DNA of 64,000 nucleotides from Tubiluchus corallicola (Eukaryota > Animalia > Priapulida), in contig JAQGDQ010000631.1 in assembly GCA_030141605.1 (NCBI GenBank), positions 58,320-122,319 of the forward strand, written 5' to 3'. This document shows, piece after piece, positions 11,510 to 24,602 of this stretch. Each line of letters starts with the position of its first letter. Positions within the stretch are counted from its first letter, which is position 1. Position numbers and translations under genes: made by a program. Under the pieces are notes generated by a model that was given only the letters and a program-made list of their open reading frames with translations, ran no database searches and was not told the DNA's origin.

Positions 11510-13345
11510 TCAGAAAGACTGCAATTAAAGAGTTACTGTAGTTAAAGAAACTGCGATTAAATTTACTTTAGTTAAAGAAACTGCTATTAAAGTAACTTTT
11601 GCTGTTACTTAGTTAAAGAAACTGCAATTAAAGTTCTGTACTTGAGTAAGCAACATAAACTTTTGCTCCGTTACTTCAGTTAAAGAAACTGCAATTAAAG
11701 TTCTGCACTTGAGTGAGCAACATAAACTTTTGCTCCGTTACTTCAGTTAAAGAAACTGCAATTAAAGTTACTTTAGTTAAAGAAACTGCAATTAAAGTTA
11801 CTTTAGTTAAAGAAACTGCAATTAAAGTTATTTTAGTTAAAGAAACTGCAATTAAAGTTCTGCACTTGAGTAAGCAACATAAACTTTTGCTCCGTTACTT
11901 CAGTTAAAGAAACTGCAATTAAAGTTCTGCACTTGAGTAAGCAACATAAACTTTTGCTCTGTTACTTCAGTTAAAGAAACTGCAATTAAAGTTATTTTAG
12001 TTAAAGAAACTGCAATTAAAGTTCTGCACTTGAGTAAGCAACATAAACTTTTGCTCCGTTACTTCAGTTAAAGAAACTGCAATTAAAGTTCTGCATTTGA
12101 GTAAGCAACATAAACTTTTTCCGTTACTTCAGTTAAAGAAACTGCAATTAAAGTTCTGCACTTGAGTAAGCAACATAAACTTTTGCTCCGTTACTTCAGT
12201 TAAAGAAATAATTAAAGTTCTGTACTTGAGTAAGCAACATAAACTTTTTCCGTTACTTCAGTTAAAGAAACTGCAATTAAAGTTACTTTAGTTAAAGAAA
12301 CTGCAATTAAAGTTACTTTAGTTAAAGAAACTGCAATTAAAGTTTTGATTAAGCTGCAATTAAAGTTCTGCACTTGAGTAAGCAACATAAACTTTTGCTT
12401 CGTTACTTCAGTTAAAGAAACTGCAATTAAAGTTCTGCACTTGAGTAAACAATGTAAATTTCTGCTTCTTTACTTCAGTTAAAGAAACTGCAATTAAAGT
12501 TCTGCACTTGAGTAAGCAACATAAACTTTTGCTTCGTTACTTCAGTTAAAGAAACTGCAATTAAAGTTCTGCACTTGAGTAAGCAACATAAACTTTTGCT
12601 CCGTTACTTCAGTTAAAGAAACGCAATTAAAGTTCTGCACTTGAGTAAGCAACATAAACTTTTGCTCCGATAATTCAGTTAAAGAAACTGCAATTAAAGT
12701 TCTGCACTTGAGTGAGCAACATAAACTTTTGCTCCGTTACTTCAGTTAAAGAAACGCAATTAAAGTTCTGCACCTGAGTAAGCAACATAAACTTTTGCTC
12801 CGATAATTCAGTTAAAGAAACTGCAATTAAAGTTCTGCACTTGAGTAAGCAACATAAACTTTTGCTCCGTTACTTCAGTTAAAGAAACGCAATTAAAGTT
12901 CTGCACTTGAGTAAGCAACATAAACTTTTGCATCGTTACTTCAGTTAAAGAAACTGCAATTAAAGTTCTGTACTTGAGTGAGCAACATAAACTTTTGCTT
13001 CGTACTTCAGTTAAAGAAACTGCAATTAAAGTTCAGTACTTGAGTAAGCAACATAAACTTTTGCTTCTTTACTTCAGTTAAAGAAACTGCAATTAAAGTT
13101 CTGCACTTGAGTAAGCAACATAAACTTTTGCTTCGTTACTTTAGTTAAAGAAACTGCAATTAAAGTTCTGCACTTGAGTAAGCAACATAAACTTTTGCTT
13201 CGTTACTTTAGTTAAAGAAACTGCAATTAAAGTTCTGCACTTGAGTAAGCAACATAAACTTTTGCTTCGTTACTTCAGTTAAAGAAACTGCAATTAAAGT
13301 TCTGCACTTGAGTGAGCAACATAAACTTTTGCTCATTTATGTCAA
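11510..13345. repeat. 67-bp satellite with interspersed 30-bp short units
   Basis: Long unit AGTTAAAGAAACTGCAATTAAAGTTCTGCACTTGAGTAAGCAACATAAACTTTTGCTCCGTTACTTC; short unit AGTTAAAGAAACTGCAATTAAAGTTACTTT. Confidence 0.96.
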
Positions 13346-14573
13346 TTAAAGAAATACAAAAAATGACTCACTTTTTCTACTGACAGATGGCGCCACAAGC
13401 TGATTAGCCCGGTCAAACCGCTCTTTGGGAAGCTGCAATTAATATTCCGAACTCGAGATTTAAGCAAACTTTGACTATGTGGGCATTTTCTTGAATTAAG
13501 AATGCCAATAAAAGCGTTATATTCGTTATTGAAATTGGCGCTTGCATTTTCTACTGGTAGATGGCGCCACTTAACCAGAGTGACTAACTCACTAAACTTG
13601 CTTTTCGCCTTCAGTGTTTTTGCTTCAAATCACTGCATTAAGTTCCTACTGTCTTTCTAAGACGAAACTACAAAGATCCGACTTCATAATTTGATATTTT
13701 TTAAAAAAACTTAAATTCCATTGCTTATAATCATACATATGGTTTTAAATAGAATACATGGCGTCTAAATCCTTGTAGTTGAGCTAAATCTGTTATTCCT
13801 AATAAGTTTTTCTATTATGTGTAAATTAAATTCACTAATAATTTCAACTGATGCTACCGCCACTACTAAATACTATATAAATTAAATACTAATGAGCAAT
13901 TCACAGTGAATCCGGTTATTACAATGCCTCATTTATATATATATATATATATACAGATAATTTGCGTCACGCTATACAAATTCTTCAGTAAGCATTGCAG
14001 CTTAAATGTAGGTTATGCAGGTAAGGTACACATTTTGTATATCTTTACACTTTAATATTATGCAATAATGAACGCTAATCCTAAAGAATTTTAAGATACT
14101 TTTCTTTCAACTCTTTTCTTTTCATAACTAAACATACATGTTTATCCACTTTTGCTAGCTACAAGCGGAAAATTAATTTTTTTTCTTCCTTTGGCTCTAG
14201 GTCCTCATAAAATTAATTTTAAATGCGTAATGGTTAAATTATTATAAGATAGTCACGTGTGTCTCTTCTTTCCCATTATTGAACATTATTTTATTATGAA
14301 CTAACACATTCGTATAATAATTCAATTTTCATTCGTCCTAAATGCAAAATCTCATAATTTTTAATTACTTGGTACATGCGCATTAACTAATTAATTATAT
14401 TAGTAACAATCCTGAGAGTGTGGCTGACCTCGATAACTTATAGTTCTTTCGCCACCCTTTCACCACTAATCAATAATTACTTTTGCACTTTGTAATATTA
14501 TTGTATGTTGTACAGATTTATAAATCTCTTAGTTATGTATTTTGCTATTTTAAAAATGGTGATAAACTAATAA

Positions 14574-14678
<105 letters not shown>

Positions 14679-15879
14679 AATGCAACAGAAACATTACCTT
14701 GTATACAAAAGATAGCATTGACAAAAACAGTCTGTTTTATGTAAAATAATAGATAGCATCGCAGTAGCGTAATAACTAAAAATATTGTCATTAATTAAAG
14801 TAATTAAAACCTAATTAATGAAAATATATAAAAGTATTAATAAAAGAAATTACAAAGTAATTCAAATGTACATTATTAGTCTTCGAATCACGTGCAAGTA
14901 AGAAATCAAATACTTCACTTACTGTTTATCATAATTGTCCTCTCGTCAGGGAATTCAACCGATTAACCGTGTAAAATCAATTAATCACGTGGCAATCTAA
15001 TCTAATTTAATCTTTTTTTATTTATCTTGCAATACATATAGAATTATATTAAATTAATTTGAAAAAAATGTGAAGAAACGTCAGCGAAAGACCAATTTGT
15101 CATTTAGTCTGCAGACCTTTGGTTAGTGATGAACATTTTTATAAGCACTGTGCTACAGTGAATTAATGTTGATTCTGCCTGTAATTAGGATGTAATTCTT
15201 ACAAATTAAATAATATTATATTAAATTTATATGTTTATAACGTTTTCCCGGACCCAACTCGCGATTTTTTCGAAATTTTTGTCAAACAACCTGCAGAAAA
15301 AACGTTCTAGCGGCGCCTGGTGGGACTCCCGGAAGGAGATATATAGCTCATCAGAAAGAGGAAGAACAGGGCTACGCGATGGTGTGGGCTATATTTTAGG
15401 ACACGTCCACCAAGAGGAGTGCCGACGAGTTAATTAGATGTTCTATTTTCGGCAATTTTCGCTTGGAAAACTGCTGACGCAATGCCATTGTTCTGACGTC
15501 ATCCATTATACTCTGCCTATAACTTTAATTCAGTAAAACCTGCTGCTACTGGCTTTGCGTTATAAGTGAGGACTGTGTAGGATGTTCGCTTATTATTGTG
15601 ATAAGTATATTTATACGCAAAATTTATACGCTAAAATTGCTAGTTAGACATTAATACAATTCACACGCAGTAATAATAAATGTATCATAAAACAATTACA
15701 GCAGAACTGAAAATAAAAAGTCTGTCAACGGAAACGTAAGAACAATGGCAACTGAAATATACTTCTTGACACAGGCAAAATTTTTGCCGGTCATAAAAAT
15801 AAATTATCATTCAAATAATGGAACTGAATATCAGCTGTATCTAAATTTGGTGTATTAAATTGGGTATTAATCTTCATAC

Positions 15880-16625
15880 ATAGAGAAGTTGTAAAATATC
15901 AGTATTTTTTCAGTTATGATAGCAGTATGTATTCATATCAAACTCGACAATAGCACAAATTCCATGTTCCTAAGTGCAGAACAAACGTTATGAAACATTC
16001 TGTCATGTATAATGGTGCTGTAATGTGGAATAAAATACCCAGTAAAATAAAACAAGCCAGTAATGTAAATAAATTTAAGAAACTTTTAAAAAACATTTAC
16101 TAGAAAATAAATGATGTAAGATGTCATATTATATTATATTATATTATATTATATTATATTATATTATATTATATTATATTATATTATATTATATTATATT
16201 ATATTATATTATATTATATTATATTATATTATATTATATTATATTATATTATATTATATTATATTATATTATATTATATTATATTATATTATATTATATT
16301 ATATTATATTATATTATATTATATTATATTATATTATATTATATTATATTATATTATATTATATTATATTATATTATATTATATTATATTTCATATGATG
16401 ATAATTTTTTATCATAATTATACAATTTTATTGTACTAATCAAGTTTTAATCTATTTGCACCTATTTGCGTGTTTATATTGTACTAACCATATACTATGT
16501 ATTTTCTACTTTTAGCAGTAATTTTACTTTCTGTACATAGTCGACATGTTTACGATGTTTTTAATGGACATACTGATGTTTAACTTCAGTTCATAGATGG
16601 ATTATAAATAAAATACAATAAAAAG
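15880..16625 (+). mobile_element. Decayed CR1/L2-type LINE 3' fragment containing an (ATATT)n tract (16126-16390)
   Basis: About 15960-16095 reads FHVPKCRTNVMKHSVMYNGAVMWNKIPSKIKQASNVNKFKKLLK, typical of a LINE ORF2 C-terminus. AT-rich UTR ends in AATAAA motifs near 16610. Confidence 0.65.
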
Positions 16626-17286
16626 TGAATAGAATAATTTACGTAATAAAAGCTGATTATGGGGGGGGGGGGGAAGCTGGAATCCAAAAATTACATTGCA
16701 AAAAATATTGTAAATTGTGTTTTATAATCATACATAAGCAAGCGAATGAGTAATGGAGCAACTTCCCTGTCTGGGTCTAAAGACCACCACAACATGACCC
16801 TTACAGATGACAGAAAGGGTTTGAGATACCAAATTGACAACATTGACAAGAAGTTGCAAATTTATTGAACTACAAAATGAGCAGCTTTAGTCCACGTGAT
16901 TCTTAGATCTAGCAGCAGTTAGATAAAAGCAACGAAAAAATAAACTGAAACACTGGCAAATCTAATACGCCACAAGTACTTCGCGCGAGAAAGCATATAA
17001 ATGCCTAACGAGAACCTAGAGAAATTGAATAGAACTAGAGACTACATTGATAAGAGAATTTTCAGATGAGTTACATATACAGCAGAGACGTTTTTCCCCG
17101 AGCTTCTTATCTGTGTAATTTTCTACGTGGAAATAGTTTTGCTGGAAGAACATTCAAAGGTGTTTCTATTCCTGCAATTTTGTCATGACAATTCTATTTC
17201 ATTGAGCGTACATTCAGTTTTTTTACTGTAAAAACGGCCATTTGCGTATTCTGGGCAAGTGATATAAAAATTATACATCTTTGCCG

Positions 17287-19432
17287 TCAGCATCAATTCA
17301 TTATCATGTCATCACCAGCACCATTGTAATCAACATTAATATCACCATCGTGGTCATCATCATTATCGTCGTCTCGCATCCGTTTGCTTCTCTCCATTTA
17401 ACGTAATTTCTTTTTGTTTATGTGATTAGTTCAGTCTTACCCATATTGAGCATTGCTTATAAGTTAATTTGTACTGCTACCCTCATAGCATTGCAATGCA
17501 TTGTTAATTTGTAATTGTATAACTTGTATAATATAGCTCTATGTAAATTAAACATACACTGTGGTCGTTTCTTCTCCTCTTTTCCTTCTTCCTATCCCTA
17601 ATCTTACTATTTTTTTTTCAATTCCATCATTGCCTCTAACCCTAACCATCCTTTCATTCACTCATCCTTCCCTCCCTTCCTTCTTCCTATCCCTAATCTT
17701 ACTATTTTTTCCATTCCATCATGTTTACTAACCCTAACCATTCTTTCATTCACTCATCCTCCCCTCCCTTCCTTCTTCCTATCCCTAATCTTACTATTTT
17801 TTTTTCAATTCCATCATTGCCTCTAACCCTAACCATCCTTTCATTCACTCATCCTTCCCTCCCTTCCTTCTTCCTATCCCTAATCTTACTATTTTTTCCA
17901 TTCCATCATGTTTACTAACCCTAACCATTCTTTCATTCACTCATCCTCCCCTCCCTTCCTTCTTCCTATCCCTAATCTTACTATTTTTTCCATTCCATCA
18001 TGTCTACTGACTCTAACCATTCTTTCATTCACTCATCCTCCCCTCCCTTCCTTCTTCCTATCCCTAATCTTACTATTTTTTTTTCAATTCCATCATTGCC
18101 TCTAACCCTAACCATCCTTTCATTCACTCATCCTTCCCTCCCTTCCTTCTTCCTATCCCTAATCTTACTATTTTTTCCATTCCATCATGTCTACTAACCC
18201 TAACCATTCTTTCATTCACTCATCCTTCCCTCCCTTCCTTCTTCCTATCCCTAATCTTACTATTTTTTTCCATTCCATCATGTCTACTAACCCTAACCAT
18301 TCTTTCATTCACTCATTTGTGCCACCCTAACAAGCCAAGCTTTCAAGGTGTCATACAGCAACTCTTTTATTTGGTTAATTTGACTTCATCAACGTTTTTT
18401 TACCTATACTGTTTCTTTTTGTTTCAATAATATTGTATGTTGATGTATTGTATATGTATTGCTGGAGTAAATAAATTGATTGATTGATTGATTTTCTTGT
18501 ATTGTGCTAAACGGATGAATAAATAAATCTAAATTTATTTCAAATGAAACCAATACAAGCTGTAGGTAGGCAATTAACTTAGTACACTACAGTGTATGTA
18601 TAAATGTAACAAACACGTACTATTATATGCTTTATTATATACAGTAAAAATTCAATTTTAAATCTGGGACGAGGTGAATGTGTTGACCTCAAAACAGTGA
18701 CGGCCAAAGTACTTTCCCCTGGGGCTCCAAACTACCTAGAGTTGGAGCTGGTTATAGTTATATAAGCTGTATAGTTGTGTAGTTTCATTGAAAAGATGAA
18801 TATTTTTGTATTCTTTCTGATTTCTGTCCCAACCTTCATTATAGGTCTCTTAATGAGCAGTTCGTGTTTTTAAATGCGTCACAAGATGCAGAAGTTGTTC
18901 AAATTAGTGTCAAGTTTTTGCACTAGAAAATACGTGAAGATGGACTCGACAGAGATAACTCACTGCCTGATTGACTGACTAACTGTAATTTATTTATTCA
19001 TCCTTTTAGCACAATACAAGAAAATACAAGTTATACAATTGCAAATTAACAACGAATGAGTGAGTGAAAGAATGGTTAGAATTAGAAGAAATGATGGAAT
19101 GGAAAAAAATAGTAAGATTAGGAATAGGAAGAAGGAAAAGAGGAGAAGAAACGACCACAGTATGTTTAATTTACATAGAGGTATATTATACAAGTTATAC
19201 AATTACAAATTAACAATGCATTGCAGTGCTATGAGGGTAGCAGTACAAATTAACTTATAAGCAATGCTCAATATGGGTAAGACTGAACTAATCACATAAA
19301 CAAAAAGAAATTACGTTAAATGGAGAGAAGCAAACGGATGCGAGACGACGATAATGATGGTGACAACGATGGTGATGTTAATGCTGATGACAATGGCGCT
19401 GGTGATGACATGACAATGAATTGATGTTGATG
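17287..19432. repeat. Long inverted repeat (left arm 17287-18528, interrupted; right arm 18988-19432)
   Basis: For example CGTCGTCTCGCATCCGTTTGCTTCTCTCCATTTAACG near 17370 versus CGTTAAATGGAGAGAAGCAAACGGATGCGAGACGACG near 19320. About 400 bp of high identity. Confidence 0.92.
17585..18316. repeat. 92/95-bp pyrimidine-rich minisatellite, about 8 units
   Basis: CTTCTTCCTATCCCTAATC recurs at 17585, 17680, 17772 and onward. Two variants (95 and 92 bp) are intermixed. The unit contains CTAACCCTAACC. Confidence 0.93.
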
Positions 19433-19899
19433 TCTGTAATCGTGTAATATTAAGTTTATGATGTAAATGTATGTTGCTCTGTTGTATGTGTTTTTTGTGT
19501 TTGAAACATTATACCACTTATATGTAGTTTCTTTGTTTCGATGTATAATTTTTTAAGTCGTTTTTTTGTCTTTTGTAATTTGTTTTGCTCAGTGGTTCAA
19601 CAAATAAATAAATAAATAATATAGCTATGCAACCTATGAAATCTATCTATTGTGGAAGTGAAAAATGCATAAAGCTTGCTCAATGTATGATTTATTTCGT
19701 GTAGATAATTACATATTATAAATTTCACTTTTATATTGTAAATACAGCATAATTATTAGTCCACGACAATACAATATAATTGTCACAATCGACAGCTATT
19801 TACACGATACGCGGAAGTATACGCTGACAGACACGCCCTCTCTTGATAGATTGTCCAACTTTTACTACTGAAGACATTACCTGTTATTACAGAAGTTAA

Positions 19900-20707
19900 C
19901 CCTTAGCCGACCAAAGTGGGGTGAAAAATTACCCCAGGAGTGTTTGCTCGCATTTGTAAATTGAGGCACAAACGCAAAATTATGAAGCTAGTAGTGATTA
20001 AATATGCTTCGATTTCTTATGTAATCATACATTGCTTTTGTTGAAAACTATTATTCATGCTTGTTACAAATCATGGGTGCCAAATACTACCAGACGTGGG
20101 GACATTCATTACCCCGTTTGGTCTTTTATGTAGGCTAATTTTTTGGAATTTACTTTGCAGTAATTTTTCTGGCAGTACCATGTGTGTTTACTTCTAAAAC
20201 TGAGAAGTGCTGTAAACCTCCAATTCTGCGAAGTGATTTTTCTGACGATCTGTTGAGGGAATTTCATGTTAAAGTTTGTGGACATTCTTCATTGAGTAAT
20301 ATGACGGGAACTTTAGCTGTACAGGTAACTAAGCTTGAAGCTGTACAGGTGACAAAGCTTGAAGCTGATGAAGATGAAATTTTAGAAGATCCAGCAAGTG
20401 AAGACGAAATGGATGTCTTAGAATTAAACAGTGAACATCGTTATTCAATTATGAAAAAATTCACAAGACTTGAAAAACCAAACATAAACAATATAGTGCA
20501 AAGGTGAAAGCCTCTTTTTGTACTTGGTGCCCTCATATATCTATGCCAACTTGCCACAGAATTTGGTTTTGTACTAATAGGAGAACCTCAATTACCAGTT
20601 GGTCATTCTGTCCAGTTTGTAACTCATATTAAGCAAAACTTTCATGGGGTAATTTTTACCTCAAATTGTCTGCATCGTGATACAAAAACTTCTTGGTCGG
20701 CTAAGGG
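19900..20707. mobile_element. piggyBac-like MITE, unexpanded copy (808 bp)
   Basis: TTAA-CCCTTAGCCGACCAA ... TTGGTCGGCTAAGGG-TTAA, a perfect 15-bp TIR. Subterminal TGGGGT...TTACCCCA motifs. Only two 24-bp units, at about 20316-20367. Confidence 0.92.
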
Positions 20708-20892
20708 TTAACACTGCACTACGACGGTACAGTACTAGGTCAAGTTATGCGAGGGCTATAATTAAAATGTCGTAAACTTTAATGTGCTGACGAACTGCTT
20801 GACTAGGGGGTATATGTGAACATTTCTACACCAGGGGAGCTTCGTACATTTCCTATTTCTAACCACATAAACATATAAAGAGCCGTATAAAT

Positions 20893-21150
20893 GTAGCCCT
20901 TAAGCATGGTCTTAATGTGACCTTGTTTAGCTTTCAACCCCACAGTGTTTTGAGCGTCAAGTTAGTGTGTTTGTAATGATGCTGTACATAACGTTGTTTA
21001 GACACCAGTATTAAACGAAGTAGCCCTTAAGCATGGTCTTAATGTGACCTTGTTTAGCTTTCAACCCCACAGTGTTTTGAGAGTCAAGTTAGTATATTTG
21101 TAATGATGCTGTACATAACGTTGTTTAGACACCAGTATTAAAGGAAGTAG
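20893..21150. repeat. 127-bp tandem duplication
   Basis: GTAGCCCTTAAGCATGGTC starts at both 20893 and 21020. Confidence 0.9.
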
Positions 21151-22289
21151 CGATATCACTGTCTTTGTTTACCATAGGTTGACCTACGTCTAAAGACAGT
21201 TTAAATCATTTTTTCCAAAATTTGCTTCCTATTATGCATCTTACTGTCTGTTATTCATTGAATTATTAATAACTTTTTGTTTCTTTTAATGTATTAATTG
21301 TATATTTGTGTTGACGTGAAATAAATAAACAAATAAACAAATAAACAAACCTATTGGGGTCCCTATAGCCTAACGACATGGATCCACCTTCTAACTCTCC
21401 CAAGCTCATCTTGAATATTTTTTACTCGTGATACGTTTTAACAACATTTACATAGCCTAAACAAAACTTATTACAAATTCTTTACATAAATTAGAACAGC
21501 TGTATTCTGTTTGTCAATAAAAATATTTATTAAAAATACCATTATTTTACTATGTATTGCAAACCAAATTAGCACATATTTCAAAACAATCGTAATGTTT
21601 TTTACCAAAAGTTATCAAATCTTGAGTCCACCACCCCCTCCACCCCACCCCCCCTCCCCCTCCAGCTAGCCTGCAGCTTATACTAGAATACCAGGATTTA
21701 TCAGACGGAACAGAGAACACGAGAGAACAGAGTTCATATTAGTACTTATTTTTCCACTAAACCGGTAAAAAATTATCATTAATATTAACTTTTTTAGTAA
21801 ATTTGCTAACCATTAAAAAGTGTACATTTGTTTAATGAATTGTAAGAAACAAAGCTAATAATTGCATACATAACATAATCACTCGCTTCGATACGTTCAA
21901 TTGTCGTCTAATTTTATTTTTATCGCGCGGTTCACAGGTCACAGCCCTAGTTGACCGCTCATGTGAAAAACCACTAGGTACGACAATTTCTATTCTAACG
22001 GGGCTTTGGTGTAACTTTTCAGTGTGACAATGACATTAGCAAAAAGTAGCTTGATCGATTCTAAATGGTAAAAGAAGATTAGATTGCAAAACGGGTGCGA
22101 AATTTTTTTTTAATTTTCTTAAGTTTGTCAAATTTCGCATTTTTTTTGTTATTTGTGAAGTTTGTTAACTGTTGTTACTTCTGAGTACTAACAAATGATA
22201 ATTATGACGTGCAAAATATGATGCTAGCACAGAGCACAAACATATTTTAGTTTGAGAAAGATTCAGAATATTCCCTGTGGTGTTTTGAC

Positions 22290-22360
22290 AGGTTTTATAA
22301 ACGGAAGTGCGCGTCGTTTACCTGTTTGTTCAGCAAGAGCAGAAATCAACTTCCTAAGCG
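22290..22360 (+). promoter_or_regulatory. Possible promoter or splice-acceptor region of the sulfotransferase gene
   Basis: TTTTGACAG acceptor-like motif, TTTATAAA, and ETS-like CGGAAGTG (22302-22309), about 170 bp before the ATG. Confidence 0.25.
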
Positions 22361-22476
22361 ATAGAAAGTTCGTGAGTTGTACACTTAAAATATCACTTTT
22401 ATCACCTAAAGATCACGCTGGCTGAAGTGATTTGTAAAATTATTAGTATTGTTAGAACAGTGGTAGCAGGGTTGCC

Positions 22477-23946
22477 ATGGTAACAAGAATTAACGATAAC
22501 AGCAACAACAGCAACAGCCACACGAACAACAACGTTACTTCGTCACGTGCTTGGAGGACTCGCCAGGTATTATTTACGTTAGTATTAGTAGTATGGATGA
22601 GTATGTTCTTGTACACAAAAACATCAGTGAAGACAAAAACTCGTCTAGACTACGCTGAAAATCAACACACAGATGAAGCCATCATCAAAATTCTAGATCG
22701 ACAGGAGAAAATGAGAACACAAGATGACGACGTGAACGAACCTCGAGTAGAAGTTTCAACTGAACCTTTCAAAAAAATTAACGAGAGAAAACAGGCACAT
22801 GATGTGGCAGCTGGTGCACAAGAAATACAACAAAACGAAGGCAACGGTAAAGCAAAAACGTTTCAAACTAATAAAAGTGTTTACCCGGAAGAAAATCGAA
22901 AACATTTCGAAGGCAAAAATGACGTAGAAACAACCACAGTCAATTTACAAGAAACCACTGAACATTACACTCGATCTTTATCGTACAATCACCTACAGAA
23001 AAAACTTCAACAGATAACAGTTTCCGAACAGTTGCAACAAAACATAAAACTGTTTCTAAACAATGCAGCCACCTCAAGTCAAGAACAATCGATGACGTCA
23101 GATGACATAGACAATGACGCTGAAGACAATGAAGCATCAAACACAAATCAACAGTATACAGAAATTAGAGAATTCAGAAATAGAGGTGAACACATAAAGC
23201 AACAATGTGAGCGAATGTTTGGTAGTCAAAGACCCAACCTCGGCCTTCATAGGCTTAACCTAAGACACATCATCGTCAATGACGAATATAAAGTACTGTA
23301 CTGCCATCTACCGAAAGTGGCGTCATCTAGCTGGAAGCGAATAATGCTGCTTCTAGAATACGACGGATTCGAAGACGTCAACGACATTCCTCCCAAACGG
23401 GAGCACGGTATCCCTCTACCAAAACTCAAGGATTTCTCCGAAGAAGAGATAATATACCGAATGGAAAACTATTTCAAATTCATGTTCGTAAGACATCCTT
23501 TGGACAGGTTGGTCTCGGCGTTCCGTGACAAGTTTATTCAAGGCAAATTCGACGTCGACAGCGAGTTTGCCGGATTGAGGAAAACCAACTTGAACGTGAC
23601 AAGTTTTGCCGACTTCCTGTTTTACTTGTTGAATCCAAACCGTGGACTGTATTCGCTTGATAATCATTGGACACAACAAGCACTTATATGCAATCCTTGC
23701 TTGTTTAATTACGATTTCGTCGGATATTACGAGACGCTGAGGAGAGATACAGATTTTCTCATCAATTTCTTGAACTTTGACCCACGTGTTCGACTCAGAG
23801 ACAAGAGCGAGTCTTTTAAGGCTCACGAACGAGGGCCCACGCCGCCATATTGGAATTATTACAAGAATTTGCCTAAGCAAATGATTGCAGCTGTATGTAG
23901 GATGTTTTATCCTGATTTTGAATTATTCGGATATTCTTGCAGCTGA
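22477..23946 (+). CDS. Carbohydrate sulfotransferase, HNK-1ST/CHST8-14 family (CHST11-like), type II Golgi membrane protein, 489 aa
   Basis: Strong Kozak GCCATGG; N-terminal TM segment VLFTLVLVVWMSMFLY; long polar stem; 5'-PSB motif YCHLPKVASSSWKR; 3'-PB motif FVRHPLDRLVSAFRDKF; HW...CNPC...YDFVGYYETL; terminal YPDFELFGY. The exact orthologue cannot be determined by eye. Confidence 0.96.
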   Translation: MVTRINDNSNNSNSHTNNNVTSSRAWRTRQVLFTLVLVVWMSMFLYTKTSVKTKTRLDYAENQHTDEAIIKILDRQEKMRTQDDDVNEPRVEVSTEPFKKINERKQAHDVAAGAQEIQQNEGNGKAKTFQTNKSVYPEENRKHFEGKNDVETTTVNLQETTEHYTRSLSYNHLQKKLQQITVSEQLQQNIKLFLNNAATSSQEQSMTSDDIDNDAEDNEASNTNQQYTEIREFRNRGEHIKQQCERMFGSQRPNLGLHRLNLRHIIVNDEYKVLYCHLPKVASSSWKRIMLLLEYDGFEDVNDIPPKREHGIPLPKLKDFSEEEIIYRMENYFKFMFVRHPLDRLVSAFRDKFIQGKFDVDSEFAGLRKTNLNVTSFADFLFYLLNPNRGLYSLDNHWTQQALICNPCLFNYDFVGYYETLRRDTDFLINFLNFDPRVRLRDKSESFKAHERGPTPPYWNYYKNLPKQMIAAVCRMFYPDFELFGYSCS

Positions 23947-24602
23947 GGTGTTTAATGTGTGAATAGGGCTTTAATTCTGTGTCAAGACCTTAATTTTGTT
24001 ACGCTGATAGGTCCATCCAGCCCACCTTTAATGTAAATTTATGTACTAAGTCTATTTGTTTATGTAATGATCAGATTAGGCAATTACTTGTAGTGTTTCA
24101 GAAGCACTATTAACCTACTTTCTACGCGGTCATTATTAATTACACCTATTTAGCATTTACATTCAAAGAGACTGCTCAACTTAGTTGTGAAAATACCTTG
24201 CACCTGCTCGTTATGTGGCACTTATATAAAAGCCGCACTCAGTAACTGCTTGTGGTGTGTTACGAAATGCGCCCTTTACACGAATATGAAAGTATACACA
24301 TTTTCCAAGGAGTATAAGAATTTTTTCAAAAATGTGACACCTTCAAACTTTGGTGCCCTAGACTGTAGCCCAGTTACCCTATTGGGCAACACTTCCCTGG
24401 GTGTTAAAATGATTTACTGATATTGCAACTTATTTTGTGATTGTAAAAAAGACCTCAGAAACCTATCGTGTGCAATATAAATATGTCCACACACCTATAG
24501 AAAGAAAAAATAACAAACGAACAAACGAAATTTGAATTAAAACCTCCTAAATTTTTGTTTTAGAGGATGGAAAAGAGGATTTTAAACTATGCCTCAAAAC
24601 AC

